Shown: positions 1 through 7,825 of the stretch, piece by piece | How positions within the stretch are numbered: position 1 is the stretch's first letter | Layout of the letters: every line of letters starts with the position of its first letter | NCBI GenBank assembly: GCA_043827405.1 | Contig: JBDRPD010000005.1 | Span: forward strand, 1-28,152 | From: Elusimicrobiota bacterium | Lineage (GTDB): Bacteria > Elusimicrobiota > Elusimicrobia > UBA1565 | Length of the DNA: 28,152 nucleotides | Direction: 5' to 3' | Notes under the pieces: model-generated | Told to the model about the DNA's origin: nothing | What the model saw: only the letters and a program-made list of their open reading frames with translations | Databases searched by the model: none | Program-made: the position numbers and the translations under genes

Positions 1-140
1 ATTTCATCAACCAGAGGTTACGCTTTTTAAATTTCTCCAGCTATCGGGACGCCGCCCGTGTCCACTATGAGAGTTGACAGAGAGTGCATTCCCACAAGAA
101 CGACTAGACTCTGGAATTAGAGGGCGCTTAGCCAAGATAA

Positions 141-1883
141 ATGGATATTTCTAGCCTTTTGGCAGTGGTGGCACTTGCCTTGGCAGTCTATTCTCTTCTT
201 AGTCCCGCAAAGAAGCTTCAGCTCAGCCTAAGAACCGGGTTCATTGAGAAGACGATATTGGTTATCGGATGTTTTCTAATTCACCTCCTTGTCTTGTGCT
301 CCCGATCACCAAGGTCGACCTCCCTGTATCATGAACTAACCGGTATAGCCATCTCTCCGGATATATCTGCCTACCTCGTTCTGTTAACTACATCTCTCAT
401 AGCGATCTGGTTCTTTAGCAGATTTCGCCTATCCCGTAGTAGTATCAAACGATTTCGGACGCTCGCCGACACGCTTCATTATTCCCGCGACTATAGCGAA
501 CTGGTTCAACTTGTCGAAGAACACTTCCATGCTCTACTAAGCCTATCGACTGGGCACTACTTCCCAGAAAAGTTGCGTCGCTTTCTTCCACCAAAAAATC
601 ATTTTTTTGACTTAGAGCGTTTTGAGAAAAGACTTGCCCGTCTGCTACCTTGGCAGCGCAGTTGCATCGAGATTATTCAGCCGTGGTTGAAAAGATTTAA
701 TATTTCTAACGAATCATTCCCGACCTGGTCCCACGCGCAGATCGAAGCCGAGGGCATCCTCCAGATGCTTCTATCAAATCCTAATTTCGCGCACGAATTA
801 GCGCGAACAAAGCCATACCTGGCTCTTCAGGTCTTTTCCGCGACGGGCTTCTTCCTCCCCGAGTTTATGGATAATTACTTCCAATCCCTCTTGAATGATC
901 GGAGCAGTATTTTCTATCTCGAAATCCGAAACAACCAAAACTTATCCATCGGCGAACACAGGTACAGGATTCCCAAAGAGAACCGCCTACTGCACTTCCT
1001 CTTCAACGACACAGAGAAGGCCCACTCTCTTGGTATCTACAAGCCCATTGGAGAGTCGGTATTACGCCATCTCGACCACCTTCGCCAGAATATTCAGGCC
1101 GATCCCTACAATGATCCGCCAAGAGACTACCAAGAAGACGGCCGGTGGGGATGCCCACTCTTCGTTGGCATCCAATTTTTCGACATCATGCTGGCGGAGG
1201 CGATCTATCAGAACATTGAATGGCACATGTGGCTCTATTACTATCCCCACTTCGCCAGGAGAATATGCCGCAATGTGGACTTCTCGAATCCTGACATAGA
1301 TGTAGATGCTGAAATGCCCACAAAATATCTGTACCTGCTACATGAAATGAACTGGAATCTTTCTCGCTGGGTTGAATGCCTAGAGGATATTCCGCTATCT
1401 CAATCAAACTCTAAGCTTGCAACTTCTAGGCCATCACATGAAAATGGCAATCCATTCAAGAGCAGCATACTCGCGTTAGATCAAATCCTGCACCATATTG
1501 TACGAACGAAGGGCATGCCTCAGCATTTTGTTCACTCTCAATTCGATATCGTCTTCTATCTCTACTTTGATCTTCTCAAAATTAAGGGGAGAGCGAACTA
1601 TGCTGAAACGATCATGAACACGATGATCAGCGGGGCAGGATACGTTGATCGTTCTTCCCCAGACTTTCTGGGCACCGCGATACAGGCCTACTGCTCGCAC
1701 GATCACGCAAAGCATATGTCTCAGGATTATGAAACGCCAATTGTGAGGCTGGTTACTGCATTTGGGGAAGAATTCGGATATGATGAACTTGTCGCCTATG
1801 TTGAGGTTTCGCGCGTCGGCGACAAAGTCCGTGTTTCCGCCCCGCATGGCTACAACTTCGAAATACCCTTAAAATCGCAGTGA
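141..1883 (+). CDS. Hypothetical protein, 580 aa, with about 3 N-terminal transmembrane helices and a large soluble domain
   Basis: Long ORF in lower-GC DNA. Hydrophobic stretches at about aa 3-21, 38-53 and 76-93. Aromatic-rich motif WHMWLYYYPHF. No family recognised. Confidence 0.85.
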   Translation: MDISSLLAVVALALAVYSLLSPAKKLQLSLRTGFIEKTILVIGCFLIHLLVLCSRSPRSTSLYHELTGIAISPDISAYLVLLTTSLIAIWFFSRFRLSRSSIKRFRTLADTLHYSRDYSELVQLVEEHFHALLSLSTGHYFPEKLRRFLPPKNHFFDLERFEKRLARLLPWQRSCIEIIQPWLKRFNISNESFPTWSHAQIEAEGILQMLLSNPNFAHELARTKPYLALQVFSATGFFLPEFMDNYFQSLLNDRSSIFYLEIRNNQNLSIGEHRYRIPKENRLLHFLFNDTEKAHSLGIYKPIGESVLRHLDHLRQNIQADPYNDPPRDYQEDGRWGCPLFVGIQFFDIMLAEAIYQNIEWHMWLYYYPHFARRICRNVDFSNPDIDVDAEMPTKYLYLLHEMNWNLSRWVECLEDIPLSQSNSKLATSRPSHENGNPFKSSILALDQILHHIVRTKGMPQHFVHSQFDIVFYLYFDLLKIKGRANYAETIMNTMISGAGYVDRSSPDFLGTAIQAYCSHDHAKHMSQDYETPIVRLVTAFGEEFGYDELVAYVEVSRVGDKVRVSAPHGYNFEIPLKSQ

Positions 1884-1898
1884 CGTCCCCCTAATATT

Positions 1899-2609
1899 AT
1901 GACCGCAAATGAATTCGAGAAAGAATTTCAATTGCTTCGCGATGAGCTATATGCCGCAACTCTCAGCTGGCACACCTACCTAACCGTACACAACGAAGCG
2001 CATCAGGATGAAAGCCTTTTGAGTGCCATGAATCAGCATCCGAGTTTTTGGCTGGTTACACTGCGGGCGCTTCAGCACAACACGATTCTCGTTCTGGGAC
2101 GACTTTTTGACAATGATCCACGCGCTCGAACAATTCGCGCATTCGTTAGGGCCTGTGCCAATCACCCAGAAATATTTACACAAGAAGCCCTGCGTGCGCG
2201 ACGCATTAGAAATGACGCCGGAGTGCTAAAGACCGATTGGTTCGAAGGTTGGATTGAAAAGGCTTTTGCACCCGATGCGGCCCACTTGAAGACTCTCGAA
2301 ACCCAGGCTGATGAATGCCTTGCCATCTGGAGATCCGGATGTAATGATTTACGCAACAAGATTGTTGCGCACCACGAGCGTCTTTCGAAACAAGTACTCG
2401 ATGAAATTTACGGGAAAACAAAAGTCGGGGATGTCACCACTCTCATCCGACGCCTCTACGTCATTGAACATGCTATTCAAGAGCTTCACACGAACGGGCG
2501 GCCTCTGGAATTTGCTCTCAAAGTGAATCCCCGGGTAACTGAAGCGGAGCAAGCAGCGAAAGGGACTTTGGCCAGATTGAAAAAAGGCACGTTCGGGCTA
2601 TGCTCGTGA
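1899..2609 (+). CDS. HEPN-domain protein, AbiU2-like putative RNase toxin
   Basis: Helical 236-aa protein with an RxxxxxH motif (LRNKIVAH) and upstream 'ILVLGRLFD...RTI', the pattern typical of AbiU2/Cthe_2314-like HEPNs. Starts 15 nt after the previous stop. Confidence 0.75.
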   Translation: MTANEFEKEFQLLRDELYAATLSWHTYLTVHNEAHQDESLLSAMNQHPSFWLVTLRALQHNTILVLGRLFDNDPRARTIRAFVRACANHPEIFTQEALRARRIRNDAGVLKTDWFEGWIEKAFAPDAAHLKTLETQADECLAIWRSGCNDLRNKIVAHHERLSKQVLDEIYGKTKVGDVTTLIRRLYVIEHAIQELHTNGRPLEFALKVNPRVTEAEQAAKGTLARLKKGTFGLCS

Positions 2610-2702
2610 GTAGCGGCACAAACGTTGGGAAAGTTGTTTCCAGCGCAGCATCTATAAGACTTGGATGCGATGGATCATCCCTCTCATCGCGAATCCCAGA
2701 AA

Positions 2703-3722
2703 TCAAAACTTCAGTTTCCCCACCGCCGATTTCAGAAAATCAGGCGACAGGTGAGCATAAATCTCCGTGGTCTTGGTGCTGGCATGGCCTAGCAGTTTTG
2801 CCACAGCGTGAAGATCGACGCCCTGCATGACCAGATGGCTGGCGAAAGTGTGACGGAGCGCGTGAAGGTGGCCATCAATGCCGATGCGTTTTAGGTGCTT
2901 TTTGAACTTTTTGGTCACAAAGTCCGCGAGGTAGGGCTTCCCATCCGGCCCACAGAAGACCCGGCCCTTCTTGCCATTGCGCCGCAATCCTTTAAGCGCC
3001 TGCAAGGCCTTGTCGTTTAGGGGAATATGCCGCACCTCATAGTCCTTGGGACTCCAGCCGTCCTTGGCCTGGACGATCAGCAGCCGACGTTCAAGGTCCA
3101 CATCCTCCCAGGTCAGATTCAAAAGCTCATCCCGGCGCAGCCCCGTATGAACATAGACGGCCAGCATGGGACGCAGCACTTCATCCGCAGAGGAGAGAAT
3201 CTTTGAGACCTCGGCCTGGGAGAAGAACCGAGCCTGACGCTTAGCCTCCTTCAGCTTCTTGACGCCCTGGGCCGGACTCTTGATCAGGAAGCCCCACTCC
3301 ACACCACGGTTAAACAGAGCCTTAATGACGGCCAACTCACGGTTGACCGTCCCCGGCTTGGCACCATCCTCCCGGCGTTTGTTCTTGAATTTCTCGATCT
3401 GGAAGTGGGTGATGTTCTTGAGACGTGCCGAGCCAAGAGCCCCTTTCAGCTTCTCCAGTACCTGGATATTGAGCTTATGGGACATAGGGGTGGTTTTAGC
3501 CTGGGAATGCCGCAGATACTCGCGGACCAGATCTTCCAGCTTCTTATCCGAACGCGCGAAGCCGATCTCCTTGCGCTCCAATTTGACCTGAATATCGGCC
3601 TTGGCCAGCTCAGCCAGGCGCTTGGACTGCCCGATCCGCTTCCTGACCCTGCGGCCTTCCACCACATAGTCCAAGTACCAGATGCCGCCTTTCTTGTCCG
3701 CGCGCTTATAAATTCGTGCCAT
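2703..3722 (-). CDS. Tyrosine recombinase / phage-type integrase
   Basis: Catalytic set HTGLRRDEL (R), PK (K), HALRH, LLGH, TTEIYAH (Y); N-terminal arm-binding-like WYLDYVVEGRRVRK; SAM-like core. ATG at 3722 is preferred over 3761 because GAGGG precedes it. Confidence 0.95.
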   Translation of the reverse strand: MARIYKRADKKGGIWYLDYVVEGRRVRKRIGQSKRLAELAKADIQVKLERKEIGFARSDKKLEDLVREYLRHSQAKTTPMSHKLNIQVLEKLKGALGSARLKNITHFQIEKFKNKRREDGAKPGTVNRELAVIKALFNRGVEWGFLIKSPAQGVKKLKEAKRQARFFSQAEVSKILSSADEVLRPMLAVYVHTGLRRDELLNLTWEDVDLERRLLIVQAKDGWSPKDYEVRHIPLNDKALQALKGLRRNGKKGRVFCGPDGKPYLADFVTKKFKKHLKRIGIDGHLHALRHTFASHLVMQGVDLHAVAKLLGHASTKTTEIYAHLSPDFLKSAVGKLKF

Positions 3723-3763
3723 AACCCTCAAAAAAGTATGGCACAAATATGGCACAAGCACAA
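3714..3763. repeat. TATGGCACAA repeats, putative integrase arm-type sites
   Basis: TATGGCACAA at 3737-3746 and 3748-3757, a partial GCACAA at 3758-3763, and an inverted TATGGCACGA at 3714-3723. Confidence 0.65.
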
Positions 3764-3785
3764 TAGCCAGCGGGGAGGGGAAATC

Positions 3786-3832
3786 TTAAAGAAAAGAAAA
3801 ATCCCCGGCTCTCGTCGAGAAACCGGGGATTT
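3786..3832 (-). terminator. Intrinsic terminator downstream of tRNA-Ala
   Basis: Minus strand reads AAATCCCCGGTTTCTCG-A-CGAGAGCCGGGGATTT followed by TTCTTTTCTTT. Confidence 0.85.
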
Positions 3833-3846
3833 AACCCTCGAAAAGC

Positions 3847-3922
3847 TGGTGGACCTGAGGGGGATCGAACCCCTGACCTCTACCTTGCGAAGGTAGCGCT
3901 CTCCCAGCTGAGCTACAGGCCC
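3847..3922 (-). tRNA. tRNA-Ala (anticodon CGC)
   Basis: 76-nt cloverleaf GGGCCTGTAGCTCAGCTGGGAGAGCGCTACCTTCGCAAGGTAGAGGTCAGGGGTTCGATCCCCCTCAGGTCCACCA, with G3:U70 Ala identity pair, TTCGA T-loop and encoded CCA. Confidence 0.98.
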
Positions 3923-3951
3923 GCAATGAGTTGTGTATTACCTTAACGGCG

Positions 3952-4050
3952 GGCCAGTCCCAATTTGCGCAGCGAATTGGGGCAGGCCGTACGATACTGA
4001 TAACACTCTTCTGGTGGCCAGTCCTTTTCGCGCAGCGAAAAGGACAGGTC
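3952..4050. repeat. Two related palindromic (REP-like) units
   Basis: 3952-3988 GGCCAGTCC-CAATTT-GCGCAGC-GAATTG-GGGCAGGCC and 4016-4050 GGCCAGTCC-TTTTC-GCGCAGC-GAAAA-GGACAGGTC. Confidence 0.75.
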
Positions 4051-4064
4051 AACGCGGCATTATA

Positions 4065-5042
4065 TCAATTTTTCTTCTTCCAGCTGTCGCGCTGGCGCTC
4101 GGCCTTGTACTTCTTGCTGTAGGCGCTGTGCTCCTTGAGCGTGCGGCTGAAGTGGTGGCCGCCGGTATTGTCGGCGACGAAGTAGATGTAATCTACCTCA
4201 GCGGGAAAAAGCACCGCCCGCACCGCTGCGGCGCCCGGGCTGCAGATGGGTCCCGGGGGCAGTCCGCGGTACATGTAGGTATTGTACTTGGAGCGGTTGT
4301 CCAGGTGCTTGTAGCGCAGGCCCTTAAACCACTTGCCGGTGTCCATGCCCATGGCGTACTGGACCGTCGGATCGGCCTCCAGACGCATGCGCCTTTTGAG
4401 CCGATTCTGGTAAACCGCGGCGATCTTGGGCATCTCGTCGATGACGGCGGCCTCGCGCTGAACGATGGACGCCAAGGTCACCGCCTGCTTGAGCGTGAAG
4501 CGGTCCTGCTTCTTGGAAGCGAAAATCGGGTCTATGCGCCGGTCGAACTCCGCATGCATATAATGCGCCACCGCCTCAGCCGACAGGCCTTTGCTGAAGA
4601 AGTAGGTCGTGGGAAACAGGAAGCCTTCCAGGTTGCTGGCGCGAACGTACTTCATAAACTCCGCCGAGTCGGTGATGCCGCTGGCTTCGAGGCGGTCAGC
4701 GATCTGCTTGGCCATAAAGCCTTCCGGAATGGCGACCTTGATGTTCTCGACGCTTCCTTTGTGGATGAGCCGGATGGCCGAAGGCGCGGACATCAGCCGC
4801 TTGAGCGTATAGGTGCCGGGCTTGAGGTTCCGGTCCTTGCCGGTCAGCTTGGCCACGGCGCGAAAGACCCGTACGCTGCGGATCACGCCCTTGCTTTTGA
4901 GCCGCTCGGCGGTTTCCTTGGCCGTCAGGCCGCTCTCAATGATGACCACGATCTCGTCATGGCCGTCATGGTACCACCAGATGACTCCGGTTACGGCGAT
5001 GAAGCCCAAGAGCACCGCGCAGCTAATGGCCGCCAGCTTCAT
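4065..5042 (-). CDS. mltG: Endolytic transglycosylase MltG (YceG family)
   Basis: N-terminal TM helix, IPEG, LEGFLFPTTY, LASIVQRE (catalytic E), LEADPTVQYA, YNTY..GLPPGPICSPG, YFVAD..GGHHFS. Confidence 0.96.
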   Translation of the reverse strand: MKLAAISCAVLLGFIAVTGVIWWYHDGHDEIVVIIESGLTAKETAERLKSKGVIRSVRVFRAVAKLTGKDRNLKPGTYTLKRLMSAPSAIRLIHKGSVENIKVAIPEGFMAKQIADRLEASGITDSAEFMKYVRASNLEGFLFPTTYFFSKGLSAEAVAHYMHAEFDRRIDPIFASKKQDRFTLKQAVTLASIVQREAAVIDEMPKIAAVYQNRLKRRMRLEADPTVQYAMGMDTGKWFKGLRYKHLDNRSKYNTYMYRGLPPGPICSPGAAAVRAVLFPAEVDYIYFVADNTGGHHFSRTLKEHSAYSKKYKAERQRDSWKKKN

Positions 5043-5602
5043 GGCCGCAGCCCCAAGCGGGCCAGCGCCGTATGCGCCGCGCCCTGCGGCGACAGTACGC
5101 TTTTATACAAGACAAGCTCCTTGACGTCGAATCGCGTCATTTTCCAAATATCCGCATCCTGCCAGCGCGCCGCCGCGCTTGCGAGCTGCCGCACGGGGCC
5201 GCCGGCCCGCAGGCGGCCCAGCGTCGCATGCGGAACGAAAACCCTATCCTCCGGCCTAAAACCTTCCGTCGCGAGCTCGGCGCGCAGCGCGGCCGCGATA
5301 TCCGCCAGCTCGCGCGCGCCCTCCTGCAGGCCCGCCCAAATAATTCTCGGCCGTTCCCATGAAGGGAAAGCGCCCAAATGCGCGAAGCTCGCGTAAAAAT
5401 CGGTCCGGCCGGCCAGCGCGCGCCGCGCGGACCGAAGCGCGGGTTCCACTCTGTCGGGTTCCTGCGGACCAAGAAACGCCAGCGTCAGATGGAACATCCC
5501 GGTCCAGCGCGCCCGGCCGACCGTCCGGCGCAAATCGTCGCGGACCTCGCAGAGCGCCCGCGACACCGAAGCTCCGACTTCCACGGCGAAGAAGAGCCGC
5601 AC
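5039..5602 (-). CDS. thpR: RNA 2',3'-cyclic phosphodiesterase (2H family, LigT/ThpR)
   Basis: MRLFFAV start, two HxT motifs (HLTLAFLG, PHATLGR), GAFPS..RPRIIWAG, LYKSVL. Its stop overlaps the mltG start (ATGA). Confidence 0.93.
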   Translation of the reverse strand: MRLFFAVEVGASVSRALCEVRDDLRRTVGRARWTGMFHLTLAFLGPQEPDRVEPALRSARRALAGRTDFYASFAHLGAFPSWERPRIIWAGLQEGARELADIAAALRAELATEGFRPEDRVFVPHATLGRLRAGGPVRQLASAAARWQDADIWKMTRFDVKELVLYKSVLSPQGAAHTALARLGLRP

Positions 5603-5610
5603 GGATGCGT

Positions 5611-5616
5611 ATTCTA
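5611..5616 (-). promoter_or_regulatory. Putative -10 element (TAGAAT) for thpR-mltG
   Basis: Lies 8 nt upstream of the GTG at 5602, with no Shine-Dalgarno between them. Confidence 0.5.
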
Positions 5617-5651
5617 TCGAATTTATCGGGAACTGCGAAGAAATTCCGCTA

Positions 5652-5660
5652 TGTTATAAT
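5652..5660 (+). promoter_or_regulatory. Extended -10 promoter TGTTATAAT
   Basis: Perfect TGnTATAAT, 8 nt before the ATG at 5669. Confidence 0.7.
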
Positions 5661-5668
5661 GCCCTGCC

Positions 5669-7825
5669 ATGACGCGAGAGCGCGTAATCCCCGGATGGAC
5701 CAGCGCGCGCCGAGCGACGGCCTGGGCGGCGGCTTGCTGGTTCCTGCTCCTCGCGCTCTATTCCCTGCACGGTTATCCATGGAGCAACCTGCTGCAATCC
5801 TGGCTGCCGGCGGCGCTCGGCGTATCGTGGGGCATCATCGCGGGGCATGGCCTGCGTCTGGCGGCCCTGGCCTGGATCAGCGGTGTCCTGCTGGGAACAG
5901 GCGAGCTGGCGCTGTGCCGCCTGCGGCTGGACGGGCAAAATCCATGGGAGCGCGGCGCCTGCGCCTACGCCCTCGGCTACGGCCTTTGGGGCACCGCCCT
6001 GTTTTTGCTCGGCCTGGCGGGTCTGTGGCTGCGGCCGCTGCTGCCTGCCCTGCTGTGCGCCGCAAGCATACCCGCGTATCTCGGCCTGTCCGGATTGGCG
6101 GCGCGCTGGCGCGCGGACGGCGGCCTCTTCCCCGCGGGCCTCGGCTTCCGCCTGGCGGCCTGCGCGCTCGCCGCCGTGTGGCTGCTTCATCTGCCGTCCT
6201 CGCTTATGCCCGAAACCTTTTACGACGCGCAGGGCTACCATTTGGGGCTGCCGGAGCTCTATCTGCAGCGCGGCCGCATAACGCCCACGCCCGAAAACTC
6301 CTACAGCGGCATTCCCTCCATTCCGATGATGCTGTTCGGCCTCGGCCTGACCCTGGACCGCTGGGGCATGGCGGCGCAGCTGGTGCACAGCAGCTGCCTG
6401 CTGTGGGCCGGCCTGGCCGTCGCCGGGCTGACGCGCCGGCTCGTCAAGCCGGAGCAGGCCGGAGCGGGCTGGGCCGCCGCCGCGGTCTTCGCGCTGACTC
6501 CCGTGGTCACGTCGGAAAGCTACCGCGTTTCAGTCGGGCTGGAAGGCGCGCTGTTCTACACCCTCTGCTTTTCGGCGCTGGCAGCGGCGTCCGCCGCTCC
6601 CGCCGGACGCGGGCGCCGTGATTGGCTGCTGCTGTGCGGCTGCTACGCCGGATTCGCCATGGCGTCGAAATACCCGGCCTGGATACTCCCCGGCGTTCTG
6701 GGCGCCGGCATGTTCTATCAAAGATTTCGCCGCATGGATAAGGGGGAAGCCGGATTTACGGTGCGGGATTTCGCGCTCGTCGCCGCCGCTTCGCTTGCCC
6801 TGCTCGCGCCCTGGGTCGGCAAAAATATCGCCTTCTATGATAATCCAATCTATCCTTTCCTGCACGAGAGGCTCGTCCCGGACTCCTTCTTCCTGCCCGA
6901 TTGGCGGACGCTGAGCGTCAGCGACATGAAGGTGCGGGAGGTCTTGCTGACGGCGCATGGACTCAAAACATTTTTCCTGCGCCCCTGGGTATTCACGCGT
7001 CACGCGCAGGAGGCCGGAGCCGCTATCGGACCGTTCTATCTCGGACTGCTGCCGCTGCTCTTTTGCGTGCGGCTGAGCGGCGCGGCGCGCCTGCTCGCGG
7101 TTTTGTGCCTCCTCTCCTGGCTGCCGATCAATACGGTGAGCGCGATCACCCGCTACTTTATGCCGGTCCTGGCGCCGCTGTGCGCAGTGGGGACCGCCGC
7201 GGCATGCGCCGTCCCGGAGGCGAGGCTGCGGCGCGTCCTCGGCTGGGCGGCGGCGGCGGTGCTGCTCGTCTCCGTCGCCGCGTACATGACGCTGGGCGTC
7301 AAGCGCTGGGGCAATATCAACGCGATGACCGGCGGCCGGGACCGCTGGGAGTACCTCTCGCACGTCAACCATCTCTCCCATTATCCGACGCCGCCGCATG
7401 CCGGCTTCGGCTACCTGCACGCGCAGACGCCGGAGGACGCCAAGGTTCTTATCTTCGGCGACATGCGCCAGTTCCCGCTGCGCCGGGACCGTATCGCCTC
7501 CTCGCCGGACCAGGTGGCGCTGCTGGAGCTGTGGGCGAACCGCAGCGGCAGCGCGCGCGAGCTGCGCCGCCGCTTCGCCGCGGCGGGCGTCAGCTATGTG
7601 CTCGTCAATCACGCGGAGATCTATCGCACCCGCCGGCAGTTCCGCTTCTCGCCGCAGGGCAAGCGCGTGCTTGACGAGTTCTGGGCGCGCTATACCCGGC
7701 GCGAGTTTCACCGCGCGGTGCGGCGGGACTATTGGGTCGATGTTTTTCGCATCCTGGACGAAGCGGATGCGGATAGGCCGCATCCGGTGCACGACCTATG
7801 GGAAGGCTATAAGGTCAGCCGCTGA
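5669..7825 (+). CDS. Polytopic membrane protein, GT-C fold glycosyltransferase (ArnT/PMT-like)
   Basis: Many TM segments. Loop motif PETFYDAQGYHLGLP, 'GFAMASKY', 'PW..KN..YDNPIYPF', 'RYFMP', and a soluble C-terminal domain 'TPEDAKVL...GVSYVLVN'. Confidence 0.75.
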   Translation: MTRERVIPGWTSARRATAWAAACWFLLLALYSLHGYPWSNLLQSWLPAALGVSWGIIAGHGLRLAALAWISGVLLGTGELALCRLRLDGQNPWERGACAYALGYGLWGTALFLLGLAGLWLRPLLPALLCAASIPAYLGLSGLAARWRADGGLFPAGLGFRLAACALAAVWLLHLPSSLMPETFYDAQGYHLGLPELYLQRGRITPTPENSYSGIPSIPMMLFGLGLTLDRWGMAAQLVHSSCLLWAGLAVAGLTRRLVKPEQAGAGWAAAAVFALTPVVTSESYRVSVGLEGALFYTLCFSALAAASAAPAGRGRRDWLLLCGCYAGFAMASKYPAWILPGVLGAGMFYQRFRRMDKGEAGFTVRDFALVAAASLALLAPWVGKNIAFYDNPIYPFLHERLVPDSFFLPDWRTLSVSDMKVREVLLTAHGLKTFFLRPWVFTRHAQEAGAAIGPFYLGLLPLLFCVRLSGAARLLAVLCLLSWLPINTVSAITRYFMPVLAPLCAVGTAAACAVPEARLRRVLGWAAAAVLLVSVAAYMTLGVKRWGNINAMTGGRDRWEYLSHVNHLSHYPTPPHAGFGYLHAQTPEDAKVLIFGDMRQFPLRRDRIASSPDQVALLELWANRSGSARELRRRFAAAGVSYVLVNHAEIYRTRRQFRFSPQGKRVLDEFWARYTRREFHRAVRRDYWVDVFRILDEADADRPHPVHDLWEGYKVSR

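Larger units (their letters stand above)
1..3849. mobile_element. End of a tRNA-Ala-integrated genomic island or prophage-like element (other end lies left of the window)
   Basis: A tyrosine integrase lies just downstream of the tRNA 3' end. Composition by eye is about half GC at 1-2700 against about two-thirds GC beyond 4100. The partner att repeat was not seen in the window. Confidence 0.8.

Noticed and set aside
3..77. 3' end of an upstream CDS (FINQRLRF…HYES*)
   Set aside because: Only 24 codons are visible, too few to support as a feature.
74..110. TTGACA (74-79) as the -35 of a cargo promoter
   Set aside because: There is no -10 at 16-18 nt; TAGACT is 25 nt away.
3723..3761. Longer integrase start given by the ORF track
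   Set aside because: It runs through the repeat region, whereas the ATG at 3722 has an SD and a typical N-terminus.
3952..4050. Mini CRISPR array
   Set aside because: There are only two units, they differ in the stem, and no cas genes or leader are present.
1899..5602. HEPN RNase and ThpR as a toxin and RNA-repair pair
   Set aside because: ThpR is on the host side of the tRNA, has host-like GC and is coupled to mltG, so proximity is probably coincidental.
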